DNA from: Candidatus Hodarchaeota archaeon
GTDB taxonomy: Archaea > Asgardarchaeota > Heimdallarchaeia > Hodarchaeales > Hodarchaeaceae
Direction: 5' to 3'
Assembly (NCBI GenBank): GCA_016839815.1
Contig: JAEOTM010000038.1
Coordinates: 1-64,000 of the forward strand
DNA: 64,000 nucleotides
This document shows, in pieces, positions 1 through 9,695 of this stretch (position 1 is its first letter; each line of letters begins with the position of its first letter). The notes below the pieces were generated by a model. That model was not told the origin of the DNA and searched no databases. It was given only the letters and a program-made list of their open reading frames with translations. Position numbers and translations under genes: made by a program.

Positions 1-2045
1 AATAACAACACAATGAGAAAAAATAAGCCAAGACGCATAATTGTAGAATCGAGAGAACTCCTGGTTTCCTTAGTGGTTTTTGTTGTGCTAGACGGGGGAT
101 CTGTAGTAGTCGTCTCAGAAATGAAGTTGTAGATGTCACCTGCATTATTATAGTTCAAAGTGTTGTTAGTAATAGTCAAGCTATGAGAATATTCAGGTCT
201 GATGCCGTACTGATCATTGTTGTTGCAAGTATTGTTGGTTAGATTCGAAAGACTCGAAGCAACAAGGCAGATGCCATTTTGACTATTGTCATTACACATA
301 TTGTAACTTAAAATCGAGGAACTAGAATTATCGAGAATGATCCCATCCTGTCCATTGCTGTTGCACGTGTTGTTGGTTAAAGTAGATGAGGGTGAAGTGA
401 AGAGGTCAATGCCTTCTTTAATATTATTATTGCAAGTGTTGTTAACTAATTGGATTTCCTGACAATAGTACAGAGCTATTCCTATGAAGGTGTTAGAACA
501 ATTCAGGTTTGTCACAAGCAATCTCGCACAATTTACCAGGATAAGCTGACCATATGAGATCTTACTTAGCATCCCATCACTTAGATTTTCGAAATAACCC
601 AGAGGAAAACCATTAACTCGGTTATTAAAAACTTTATACGAGAGTAATTCTTCCTTAGAGGATTCTCTTGCATCAAGTCCATCATTGAAGAAGTCGTTGT
701 TGATTATCCTTGAAGAAACTGAATTTCGAATCATGATACCCGCTCCATAATTGTTTTTGAAGAGATTGTTTGTGATAGATGAAAAATAGGAGTTATAGAG
801 GTTGATCCCATTCCCATTGTCGTTGCAGATGTTGTTAGCTAAAGTAGAAGAACTAGAATTGTAAAGAGAGATACCATTCTCATTAGTGTTACAGGTATTA
901 TTGGCTAAAGTGGAAGAACTAGAAATATATAGGAAAATACCATTCTTATTAGTGTTACAGGTATTATTGGCTAAAGTGGACGAACTAGAAGTAAAAAGGT
1001 AGATACCATTCTCATTAGTGTTACAGGTATTATTGGTTAAAGTGGAAAAACTAGAAGTAGAAAGGTAGATACCATTCTCATTAGTGTTGCAGGTATTATT
1101 AGCTAATGTGGAAATGTGAGAACTCTGTAGAAAAATACCCCACTTATTATTCTTGCAGGTGTTGTTAGCTAACGTAGAAAACTGAGAATCGTAGAAATCA
1201 ATACCATTTCCGTTATCGTTGCAGATATTCCCAGTCATGGTTGTAGAACCTGATTTTGAGAGGTGAATCCCAAAATCATTATTATCATTGCAGGTGTTGC
1301 CAGAAATAGTGGAAGAACCAGAATTGTAGAGGTGAAGACCCATATCATCATTCTCGTTGCAAGTGTTGTTAACTAAAGTGGAATGGGCAGAATGATAAAG
1401 GTAGATGCCATTTCCATTGGAGTTACAGGTATTATTGGCCAAAGTTGGTTCATAGGATGTGTAAATATTAATACCATTCCCGTTATTGTTGCAGATGTTG
1501 TTTACTAGAGTTGACGATGAACTAGAGTCGTCAAGAGTGATACCAGCTCCATAATTGCTGTAACAGGTGTTGTTAATAATCGTAGAAACTTTTGAATTCC
1601 TAATTGTGATACCAGTCTCAGTATTTTCGTTACAAGCGTTTTTGATTATTATAGTCGTTCCTAGTGCCACATCATTAACTAATATCCCATGATTGTTTGA
1701 ATTAGTAATCCAACAATTTTCGATTCTAAAGTGCTTAGTTGTTCCTGTGATGTAAATTCCATGGTTTGAAGAATCCGTAATGCTCCAACCTGCAATAATA
1801 TACGGATCATCAACTGCCCCCGTACCACTGGTGGCTACTGCTGCTAGTTCACTATTATTCCTAACAATAATAGGAGCATGGTAAGTATATTCTTGTACAA
1901 CAGACATTTTGACTGAAGAAAATCTAGATCTTGTATGTTCCAGCCTTTTTTCAACTGTTGGTGATGGCATTAACCCTCCCGAGCTTCCTAGAAGTAATAC
2001 AACCACCAATGAAGGGAATAGGCGTCTGTTCTTCATCATATCCAT
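1..2045 (-). CDS. Secreted right-handed parallel beta-helix (NosD/CASH-like) surface protein with C-terminal Thr-rich linker and TM anchor; 3' end runs off the window
   Basis: Not in the ORF track because it has no stop inside the window; translated by hand. Begins MDMMKNRRLFPSLVVVLLLG (signal peptide), then YHAPIIVRNNSELAAVATSGTGAVDDPYIIAGWSI, many 22-aa repeats GIxLxxSxxSTLxNNTCNxNxN, and ETTTTDPPSSTTKTT...LGLFFLIVLL at the edge. Start could be 2045, 2039 or 2036. Confidence 0.85.
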   Translation of the reverse strand, partial: MDMMKNRRLFPSLVVVLLLGSSGGLMPSPTVEKRLEHTRSRFSSVKMSVVQEYTYHAPIIVRNNSELAAVATSGTGAVDDPYIIAGWSITDSSNHGIYITGTTKHFRIENCWITNSNNHGILVNDVALGTTIIIKNACNENTETGITIRNSKVSTIINNTCYSNYGAGITLDDSSSSSTLVNNICNNNGNGINIYTSYEPTLANNTCNSNGNGIYLYHSAHSTLVNNTCNENDDMGLHLYNSGSSTISGNTCNDNNDFGIHLSKSGSTTMTGNICNDNGNGIDFYDSQFSTLANNTCKNNKWGIFLQSSHISTLANNTCNTNENGIYLSTSSFSTLTNNTCNTNENGIYLFTSSSSTLANNTCNTNKNGIFLYISSSSTLANNTCNTNENGISLYNSSSSTLANNICNDNGNGINLYNSYFSSITNNLFKNNYGAGIMIRNSVSSRIINNDFFNDGLDARESSKEELLSYKVFNNRVNGFPLGYFENLSDGMLSKISYGQLILVNCARLLVTNLNCSNTFIGIALYYCQEIQLVNNTCNNNIKEGIDLFTSPSSTLTNNTCNSNGQDGIILDNSSSSILSYNMCNDNSQNGICLVASSLSNLTNNTCNNNDQYGIRPEYSHSLTITNNTLNYNNAGDIYNFISETTTTDPPSSTTKTTKETRSSLDSTIMRLGLFFLIVLL
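871..1134 (-). repeat. Four near-identical 66-bp tandem coding repeats (22-aa beta-helix rungs)
   Basis: ataccattct recurs at 871, 937, 1003 and 1069 with ~attagtgttacaggtattattggctaaagtgga conserved between copies; more diverged copies lie on both sides. Confidence 0.9.
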
Positions 2046-2220
2046 TTTCACGGGTAATTATTCTCTTGTATTTCAGAACTGTATTTCCTTCGAAGTTAAA
2101 TCTACTATTGATTTATAAATTCATAAGTTCTGTTAGTATCCATCTCTGTCTACATACACTGGGAATAAGAAATAAGGCACTGACTCATTTGGGTTTAAGT
2201 AGTAAACTTGAGAAGATTTC

Positions 2221-2799
2221 ATGAAAAAGTCTTATAACGCACTATTCGCTTCAATCTTGGTTTTAACTACTATTTTCACCTTTGAAATGAGGAAGGATTC
2301 CACTAGTGATCAAGAAATTGTCAATGATAATGATAATAATCTTCAAGATAATAGCAATAATACTACTAGTAATCCTCTGAGCTTACCCTTTGACCAAAGT
2401 TGGTACTTTAATATTTCCCTGAATAAGAGTGAGTATTCTCTGGGAGAACATCTCTATCTTACTGTGAATTTAACCAGTCTTATTGATCATAACTCCAGTT
2501 ATATCTTAGGTATGAATCGTGATATTCAGATAAAGAACTCCACAGGTGATATTGGCTGGTCAGCTTTTTCTGAACATTCTAATATTTACTATGAGAATCA
2601 CTTTTTTCCCGCAGGTTATGATATGTCTAAGGTGATGAAGTTGTATCTGTCAGAAACTACCAACCGATCGTCCTCTGATGATATCATGTCCTGGATCCCC
2701 GCGTTACCACTGGGTTCCTACCGAATATCCATTCGCCCCCCATATGGTGAGACTTTTGATTCAGTTCCTACCCTTTCCCTTCCATTTACGATTCAATAA
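2221..2799 (+). CDS. Hypothetical exported or membrane-anchored protein (N-terminal hydrophobic segment, Asn-rich linker, Ig-like beta domain)
   Basis: MKKSYNALFASILVLTTIF; NDNDNNLQDNSNN linker; LNKSEYSLGEHLYLTVNLT...LPLGSYRISI is an Ig-like pattern. Confidence 0.7.
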   Translation: MKKSYNALFASILVLTTIFTFEMRKDSTSDQEIVNDNDNNLQDNSNNTTSNPLSLPFDQSWYFNISLNKSEYSLGEHLYLTVNLTSLIDHNSSYILGMNRDIQIKNSTGDIGWSAFSEHSNIYYENHFFPAGYDMSKVMKLYLSETTNRSSSDDIMSWIPALPLGSYRISIRPPYGETFDSVPTLSLPFTIQ

Positions 2800-2822
2800 A
2801 AACTATGACCCTAGAAGATTAA

Positions 2823-3263
2823 TCAGTCAATCTTCTCGCCTGATGATTGATATTTGAACATCCCTGGACCATCCAAGGGTCGTTTCTGGAACCCATATGC
2901 CTGATAGAAATGCCAAAATCCTTTAGCAGCCATTAACCCAATAAACGCGGTGGAATCCGCGTGTTGCTCTAAATAATTCATGATAGCGTTCATAATTTGT
3001 GTTCCCAATCCTTTTCTCTGGTATTTGGGGAGAACGACAACATCTTGTATGTAATAATAGATCCCTGCATCACCAATCACTCTTCCCATAGCAATGGTTT
3101 TGTCGTTGTGGATAATACATACTGAATATAGCGAATTGTGTAATGAATGAGCAACAGCTGCATCACTCACCGTTGACCACCCAACTGAGTTACGGAGTAA
3201 CTGATATTCTTGGACAGTAGGCGCTCGTTCCAGTAGAGTATATTCTTTTGACATCATTTCCAT
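2823..3263 (-). CDS. GNAT family N-acetyltransferase
   Basis: IQDVVVLPKYQRKGLGTQIM acetyl-CoA motif A; FYQAYGF motif B. Confidence 0.92.
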   Translation of the reverse strand: MEMMSKEYTLLERAPTVQEYQLLRNSVGWSTVSDAAVAHSLHNSLYSVCIIHNDKTIAMGRVIGDAGIYYYIQDVVVLPKYQRKGLGTQIMNAIMNYLEQHADSTAFIGLMAAKGFWHFYQAYGFQKRPLDGPGMFKYQSSGEKID

Positions 3264-3296
3264 CAGCTCCCTCTATTCCCAAACGAATATTTGAGG

Positions 3297-4043
3297 CTAC
3301 TCAAGTTGGTATGGTCGGCCTAGAGGAGCGGAGAGAGTAAAAATAAAATGTGGTTTGGATACACTCTTTCCCTTCGCTTGTTCATCACGGATCATTTCGA
3401 CGAGTTTTTCATGGAAGTGTTCCAATTCCACCCGATATTTCGAGTAAACAGCGTCACTGACCTGTGTTCCGAAATAAAATAGCTCATTAAAGGGAATGTC
3501 CGAGATTTTTCCTGAGGATGGGAGGCGTGACTCGAACCATATACGTTTCAGATCGCTTGTTGAGAGCGTCTTATTCGTCAAGATCTCTTTTTCTATAGCA
3601 TCTAAATAGGCTTGAAACACGGTTTCTACTTGATGAAGGAAAAACATTGACATTTGGTGCATTTTTGTCGTGAGGAGTAACATATCTTTTTGATTTTCTT
3701 TAGGAAGCTCGTGAATGTTATGAAAACTATAATAAGGGTACGGTTGAGGAGTTAACTCATAATATTTGGGTTGGAAGGTTTGTTTTTGATTTTTTCCTCT
3801 TGTTTCTAGTACTTCTCGCACGATTCCCCCTTTGATCATTATTTGGAGGTGATGATGGACTGTTGAGCGACTTTTTTTGACAAATTGCACAATTTCACTG
3901 AAGCTTAACTGGGGATTCATCCGGAGAAACATCAAAATTTGTATCCGAGTTTCATGCTGAAGAACTTGACCCCACTTAAACATCGCTAATAATTCTTCTT
4001 GAGTCGACTGAAATATCTTTTTTGAATACTGCTCGGATTTCAT
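3297..4043 (-). CDS. ArsR/SmtB-like winged-helix transcriptional regulator with C-terminal extension
   Basis: LQHETRIQILMFL...LSFSEIVQFVKKSRSTVHHHLQIMIKGGIV. Confidence 0.85.
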   Translation of the reverse strand: MKSEQYSKKIFQSTQEELLAMFKWGQVLQHETRIQILMFLRMNPQLSFSEIVQFVKKSRSTVHHHLQIMIKGGIVREVLETRGKNQKQTFQPKYYELTPQPYPYYSFHNIHELPKENQKDMLLLTTKMHQMSMFFLHQVETVFQAYLDAIEKEILTNKTLSTSDLKRIWFESRLPSSGKISDIPFNELFYFGTQVSDAVYSKYRVELEHFHEKLVEMIRDEQAKGKSVSKPHFIFTLSAPLGRPYQLE

Positions 4044-4125
4044 ACTTTTTTATCCTCAATATTTTGTTAGAGATAGGCTGAAAGGGCTTTTCATCCTAGT
4101 AGGTTGGTTTTTGCCTTTTTCCCAA

Positions 4126-4180
4126 CGGTTTTAAACCGCTTCGAAAAAGTCGCTATTCGATCGAATAGGCGCTACATCGA
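4126..4180. promoter_or_regulatory. Palindromic operator candidates in a divergent promoter region
   Basis: Perfect 16-bp palindrome CTATTCGATCGAATAG (4153-4168); CGGTTTTAAACCG (4126-4138); TCGA also at 4141 and 4177. Lies between the divergent ArsR-like and pseudo-kinase genes. Confidence 0.55.
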
Positions 4181-4252
4181 ATGGGGATTTTAAGTCTTTC
4201 GTTAAAAAAAACTGAGGTTTGAATTTCTCGCAGAAGTAGTGCTGGTCTTTAC

Positions 4253-5014
4253 TTGAATTTGATGTTTGAGGGTATTGAGAATAAAATGAGCAAAATCAAA
4301 GGGAATTCTCTGGGTAAGAGTCCAAATAAACAAGCGCTTACAGCTAATAATGCTAACAAGGAATTTTTTCGGTTAATGCAGACCCACTTCATCAGGAACG
4401 ATCTGCAAAAGCTGATGTTAATAATAGAGCTCCTAAAAGCCCAGAATCCTTCTGAGATTGGGACACTCACTGATGATATGTATCGTATATGCGAACGAGC
4501 ACAACAGAAAATGGATACTGTTTCACGAATTCTCCAGATCCTTGAGTCTCTCCATAGAGGCAACCTAGAAACCGAGAAACGCAAGACCACCTTGGTCGAC
4601 ATTTTTAAGGATATTCAAAACGAGATGACAATAACTCTTGATATTGATTATGAGTCACTTGATTCCGAAATCATCGTGGATAGATTCTTCCAAGTGTTAT
4701 TTAAAGAAATTCTTAAGTTTATTCAGTATAACAATGGTTTTTTTGCTAAAATTATTGGAAGAAGAAGCGTTAAGAACCCCGATTATTTCATTGTGAGCAT
4801 AATGGAACGCAATAATTCCCCTTATTCCATGGACTTCTGTGATAAATTACTAAAGGGAGCTAATGAAAAAAACTGGGATTTTACGGGAGAGACCATTGAA
4901 CTCACTCTTGCGAATTTGATAGCTAGTAATTGTGGTGGAAGACTCCTTATTTATCCCCTTGAGGTCAAAGGCAATAGTTATTGTATTTTTCTCCCTTATT
5001 CAAAGATTGGGTAA
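4253..5014 (+). CDS. Degenerate histidine-kinase-like protein (HisKA plus HATPase-like fold, no sensor domain)
   Basis: H-box-like QTHFIRNDLQKL; C-terminal LANLIASNCGGRLLIYPLEVKGNSYCIFLP matches the end of HATPase_c; N, G1 and G2 boxes are degenerate. Likely start MSKIKG (~4286). Confidence 0.65.
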   Translation: MNLMFEGIENKMSKIKGNSLGKSPNKQALTANNANKEFFRLMQTHFIRNDLQKLMLIIELLKAQNPSEIGTLTDDMYRICERAQQKMDTVSRILQILESLHRGNLETEKRKTTLVDIFKDIQNEMTITLDIDYESLDSEIIVDRFFQVLFKEILKFIQYNNGFFAKIIGRRSVKNPDYFIVSIMERNNSPYSMDFCDKLLKGANEKNWDFTGETIELTLANLIASNCGGRLLIYPLEVKGNSYCIFLPYSKIG

Positions 5015-5185
5015 AATGTTAATCGTCTTCAACTCTAACCCTAACGTTCGTTTGATTGCTCTTATAAACCATTAAGCCTCTAACATTAGCTATCTTCTTG
5101 AGGTACTTTCCTCTAGACAATGAGTTTAGAGTCTTGAAGTACTTAATTTCCTATATATTCTGTAAATACACTGGAATGATCTGAT

Positions 5186-7471
5186 ATGAATAGAAAGATT
5201 TTCATATTTATTACATTCCTCTTTACTCTCACATTTTTCTCTCATTCACTAGATCCAGTCATATCCCAGTCCTCGGGGTCTTTCTATGGGTTTGATTATG
5301 AATATGGAGAGCAAATGAGGAATTTCACAAAAACGGTTTCGTATGCTCAATCTTTTTCCGAGTCGGAATCGAACACGAAGTCACGAGAATTTACCATCCA
5401 GGCTCCTATCCGGACGGGAATGGAAGTACTCGATGTTTTTTGGCAACGGTGGACTAATCGTACCAAAGCTGCCCCTAGCTCAACCTGGGATTATCCTGGG
5501 GCCCCTCAAAATTGGCGTGGTTATCGTCCTGATGGATTTCTCACGAATGGAACCGATGCTGGTGGCGCTTGGTATCGCTATCATGGTATAAAAACCCTTA
5601 ATTGGAATACCTTCTCCCAATCCCTGAATATTTCGTGGTTTGGACGACAAATTGATATTGGCCTTGCAGAACAATGGATCAGCCCCTCTTGGTTGACTTC
5701 CTACGCTGTTTTGGCTGAAGTAGGGTCTCTTGAAGTGCCTATGCAAGATTGGTTTGGAACAGCCTATGATACGACAAATATTTCCATCTATTACATCGCT
5801 TATGTCTTTGATCAAGGTACACCGCTTGATTTTGCTGATGATGAAGTAGTCTTTCAGGAAATATTAGTTCCCCAGTTTGTCTATATAAAAGTTCTAACCA
5901 CTATCTACGCTGTTGACGTTAGTGAAACTAGCGCGGTGTCCGCTTCTCTTTCTGGACAGTTTAACTTCTCAGGTTCTTGGACAGAAAATTTGTATGGGCA
6001 ACATGTCTCAATCAAAGATGGAGTGAATTATGGGTTCGATTATTTTGCATTGATTTCTGGTAATGTGGAATATGATTATTCTGCAGGATTCACGTTAGAT
6101 GGCTCTTTATCTACCAATGTCACTCGTGAAGTTACCTTTGCCAGTAATGGTAGTCTTGTTCCCGAATCTGTCCGACCGCTTCATCTTCAATCCTTACGGT
6201 TAGTCTTGGCAGGATTTTGGGATTTCTATGAAGAGGAAGCAGGAGTTCTCCATGGAGAAGGGGCAATTCAAAGTATGATTCAGGTTCTCCTTACAAAAGC
6301 TTCTACCGAGACCTCTCCTAATCTTGCGGTCTGGGGAAATTTCAATCCTGGACGGGTGATTGGTTATCGCGATGTTGATGGAGACACTATTTTATCGGCT
6401 TATCTTAATGAATCCTATATTGCTACTCCCGATGTGATTATGGCTGTTGGTTTTCCTGAAGGTGCACATATCCAGGGAACTTATTATGGCAATGGGAAAG
6501 CCAATGCCCACGTATATACCTCTCTCGGTGATTGGATTATTGCGGATAATGAAACGGATGTTACAGGCACTGTTGATCGTTCCTTCGAAGAAACGTGGGG
6601 GTATGATCCTAGACGTCCTGATTTGGGCCCCAAAGGTGTAGACCTTAATTGGGAAACTCCTCGTCAAGAAGATGGTAAAGCCATCTTTTCGTGGGAAACC
6701 ACGTATGATGATATGCCCATGACTTGGTGGGCAAGAAATTCTTCCATGGAACGTGTGAGTCATGATCTGACTGATATCAGTTATGGGTATTCTCTCTCGA
6801 TAGATCCTGAAGCTGGAATTTCTACCTTAGAAAGTACCTATCAGCAATCGGGTGTTCAAGATCCTCAATTAAAGGCCATGATGAGCACACAGGAACTGAG
6901 TATGGCTTCGTATAGGCGTGACTACTATCTTTCAATGACTCAGATAACTCAAGACGCCTCTGGGTCTTTTGCTCGGCCAGAATCACAATTTGACCAAACA
7001 GTCGCTGGTCAGGATCTATTTTCCCAGAATTTTGGTGGTTCTAAGGAGAAATATTATTTGATAAATGATCCTGGGACTACCTATAATTCAGGCACGTCAG
7101 TTATGAACCTACTTACTGCAGAAGGTTTTTCGGGAGAACCCACCAATCAAACATCGAGAAACCCGTATTCCTCCCCCATTTCAAAACGAATTGCTGCCGC
7201 TCTCACCCAATGGTCTGCTGATACGCATACTCAAGACATTTCTTGGCTTTTTCGTGAGAATCTAGTGATTACAAGTTATCCTACTTGGAATGGAGAAGGT
7301 ATTGTTCATGATCCCGTCTTTTCAGCTTCCTATCAGGGCACTGGTTCTCATGAAGATACGACTTCAGGAGAAAGGACTACAACTGAAGGTGGAGTTCCTG
7401 GCTTTGCTTTCCCTGTAACACTCATACTCTTGGGTTTACTTGTATTCAGGCGAATGAAGCATCGAGATTAA
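5186..7471 (+). CDS. Large cell-surface glycoprotein with PGF-CTERM-like anchor
   Basis: Signal peptide MNRKIFIFITFLFTLTFF; many N-x-S/T sequons; ends TTTEGGVPGFAFPVTLILLGLLVFRRMKHRD. Confidence 0.8.
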   Translation: MNRKIFIFITFLFTLTFFSHSLDPVISQSSGSFYGFDYEYGEQMRNFTKTVSYAQSFSESESNTKSREFTIQAPIRTGMEVLDVFWQRWTNRTKAAPSSTWDYPGAPQNWRGYRPDGFLTNGTDAGGAWYRYHGIKTLNWNTFSQSLNISWFGRQIDIGLAEQWISPSWLTSYAVLAEVGSLEVPMQDWFGTAYDTTNISIYYIAYVFDQGTPLDFADDEVVFQEILVPQFVYIKVLTTIYAVDVSETSAVSASLSGQFNFSGSWTENLYGQHVSIKDGVNYGFDYFALISGNVEYDYSAGFTLDGSLSTNVTREVTFASNGSLVPESVRPLHLQSLRLVLAGFWDFYEEEAGVLHGEGAIQSMIQVLLTKASTETSPNLAVWGNFNPGRVIGYRDVDGDTILSAYLNESYIATPDVIMAVGFPEGAHIQGTYYGNGKANAHVYTSLGDWIIADNETDVTGTVDRSFEETWGYDPRRPDLGPKGVDLNWETPRQEDGKAIFSWETTYDDMPMTWWARNSSMERVSHDLTDISYGYSLSIDPEAGISTLESTYQQSGVQDPQLKAMMSTQELSMASYRRDYYLSMTQITQDASGSFARPESQFDQTVAGQDLFSQNFGGSKEKYYLINDPGTTYNSGTSVMNLLTAEGFSGEPTNQTSRNPYSSPISKRIAAALTQWSADTHTQDISWLFRENLVITSYPTWNGEGIVHDPVFSASYQGTGSHEDTTSGERTTTEGGVPGFAFPVTLILLGLLVFRRMKHRD

Positions 7472-7476
7472 ACCCA

Positions 7477-7516
7477 CACGACTTTTTAGTCGTGGTCTTC
7501 TCTTTTTTCCTTTTTC
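7477..7516 (+). terminator. Hairpin plus T-tract terminator
   Basis: CACGACT-TTTT-AGTCGTG (7477-7494) followed by tcttctcttttttcctttttc, just after the stop at 7471. Confidence 0.6.
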
Positions 7517-7622
7517 TACGTAATTAAACTTGTTTCCATTTTCTACAAGTTGGTTCTGTCTGTAGAAAGTTTTTTGAATACTCAAACTCGTTAGTCCTAA
7601 ACCCACTACTCGGATTCAGAAG

Positions 7623-9695
7623 GTGTTTGAGGTTATTTCCCTGTATAAAATCATCTTGATTGGATTAACCTTTTCCTTTCTTCTTCCTCCACTCATCTCT
7701 CAAGAAAGTGTAACCATCTCTTCCACTAGACAAAGACTTGAAAATGACTCTATTGAAGTCATAAGTAAGATCCCTAATAGTGGAGAGGCAAGATCAATAG
7801 CTATTCAAGGAGATATTGCGTGTGTAGCTCATGTATGGGATGGTTTATGGATTTACAATATAAGTAATCCTCAACACCCCTTTCCTCTAGGTCATTATTA
7901 CGATGGCGATTGGCCTCACGCGGTTGAAGTCAGTGGAAATCATGCTTTTACGATCTCATGGGATGATCCTATAAAGATTATTGATATTAGTAATCCTCGT
8001 AATCTGACTAAAGTGGGCCAAATTCAAACTAATTCTCGTATTCATGATGTTACCGTTCATCAGGATATTGTCTATATTGCTGCTGGAACGAATGGATTAG
8101 TTGTTGCAAATATTTCTGATCCTTCTGATCCCCAAGAAATTTACCGACATTCCTTTGGAACCTTCCCAGTTACTTATCGTGTTTACGTTGTTAACCATAC
8201 GGTGTATGTTATTACCGAATTGACGTTACATATTTTTGATGTTAGTAATTTACAACAACCAGTTATTCTTGGTTCTTATAAAATGGCTGATTCTTATAGA
8301 TCCAACGATTTAGGTTTATTCGTTAATGATGAGTTGGTTTTTGTGGCAGCTGAAGGTCATGGAGTAATCATGCTCAATGCTTCGTCACCAGATAATATCA
8401 CCCAAGTTGGTCAAATAACCACTGATATTCAGACCCCGAAAGAAGTTGGAGTAAAGGATCAGATCTGTTATGTTGTAACTGGATCCAGTCAATTGAAGGT
8501 CTTTGATATCTCCAATCCCAATTCTTCTATTCAATTAAATTCTACGCTCCCTGATAGCTCGGGATCTTATTTGGATATTAAAATTAAGGGTTCACTCGCT
8601 TATACTGCTGTAAAAATTCAAGGACTGGTAATTATTGATATCAGTAATCCCTCTAATCTTACAATTGTGGGTTCTTATGCTGATATTGGTAGCACCGAAG
8701 GCATTTTTGTTGAAGAAAATCTTTGTTTTGTTGCAGAGGGAGGAGGAAAATTTGATATTATTGATATTTCCAACCCTTTCTCTCCTACAAAGGTATTTTC
8801 TTCCCCAGAAATCCGATGGGGAGGTGCAGTTCTTGTTGCTGATGGATACCTATTCCTCGCTGCTGGTACTGATGGTCTGGAGATTTATGATTTTCAAGAT
8901 CCTAGTAATCCTGTTATTGTTGGTTTGGTCAAAGATGGAGGTTTCTTTCGCCGTGTTATTGTTAGAGGCTCGTATGCCTACATTGCTGCAGGAGCAGATG
9001 GAATACGTATAATCGATATCTCAGCTCCAGCTTCCCCTCAAATTGTTTGGTCATGGACTGATTCGGGTACAGCATATGACTTAGCTATAGAGGGTGACTA
9101 TTTGTATGTTGCAGATGGACAAGATGGACTAGAAGTATACGATATCACAAATCCAGAGACAACTAGGGAAATCGGTCAGTTTAGAGGAGGGTCTGCTCGG
9201 GATGTGGTCATTCATTATCCACTTGCCTTTGTAGCTGCAGCAAGTTCCGGTTTACTTGTGGTAGATATTCAGAATCCGAAGCAACCGACCAATGTTACCC
9301 AGTTTCAAGACAAAACAACCCTTCCCAACTTCTATGTTGATATTTTCTTGAATGGTTCCTATGTATATGTTATGGACAGCAATTACCGTTTATTAAAAAT
9401 TATCGACATTGCTAATCTAATAGATATTCAAACCATTGCGAAGTATAAGATCTGTTGTAGTCATTCATCAAAGGCAGTTGTCGTCCGCGATGCTTATACA
9501 TTCGTTGGAGAGGGATCTCACGGAATTACCATTCTAAAAACTCCCTCTGCTCCTCCATTAGACATTAATTCTACATATAAACCACGAAAAACAAGTATTA
9601 TACCTGTTTTGTACTTCGACTCCATAGTAGGCATTGTTATTCTTGGTTTCTGGGGAAAAAAGTACAGAATTACCCCATCCAGAAAGAAGAAGTGA
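7623..9695 (+). CDS. LVIVD-repeat beta-propeller surface protein with C-terminal TM anchor
   Basis: About 13-14 repeats of YVA..xGL.IIDISNPxxP; N-terminal hydrophobic segment; C-terminal IVGIVILGFWGKKYR. Confidence 0.9.
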   Translation: MFEVISLYKIILIGLTFSFLLPPLISQESVTISSTRQRLENDSIEVISKIPNSGEARSIAIQGDIACVAHVWDGLWIYNISNPQHPFPLGHYYDGDWPHAVEVSGNHAFTISWDDPIKIIDISNPRNLTKVGQIQTNSRIHDVTVHQDIVYIAAGTNGLVVANISDPSDPQEIYRHSFGTFPVTYRVYVVNHTVYVITELTLHIFDVSNLQQPVILGSYKMADSYRSNDLGLFVNDELVFVAAEGHGVIMLNASSPDNITQVGQITTDIQTPKEVGVKDQICYVVTGSSQLKVFDISNPNSSIQLNSTLPDSSGSYLDIKIKGSLAYTAVKIQGLVIIDISNPSNLTIVGSYADIGSTEGIFVEENLCFVAEGGGKFDIIDISNPFSPTKVFSSPEIRWGGAVLVADGYLFLAAGTDGLEIYDFQDPSNPVIVGLVKDGGFFRRVIVRGSYAYIAAGADGIRIIDISAPASPQIVWSWTDSGTAYDLAIEGDYLYVADGQDGLEVYDITNPETTREIGQFRGGSARDVVIHYPLAFVAAASSGLLVVDIQNPKQPTNVTQFQDKTTLPNFYVDIFLNGSYVYVMDSNYRLLKIIDIANLIDIQTIAKYKICCSHSSKAVVVRDAYTFVGEGSHGITILKTPSAPPLDINSTYKPRKTSIIPVLYFDSIVGIVILGFWGKKYRITPSRKKK

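Noticed and set aside
871-1134. 66-bp repeats as a CRISPR array or DGR template/variable repeat
   Set aside because: They are in-frame coding repeats with no unique spacers, and no cas or reverse transcriptase gene is in the window.
1909-2224. Plus-strand ORFs of 69 and 97 aa
   Set aside because: They overlap the start and promoter of the minus-strand beta-helix gene and show no protein-like motifs.
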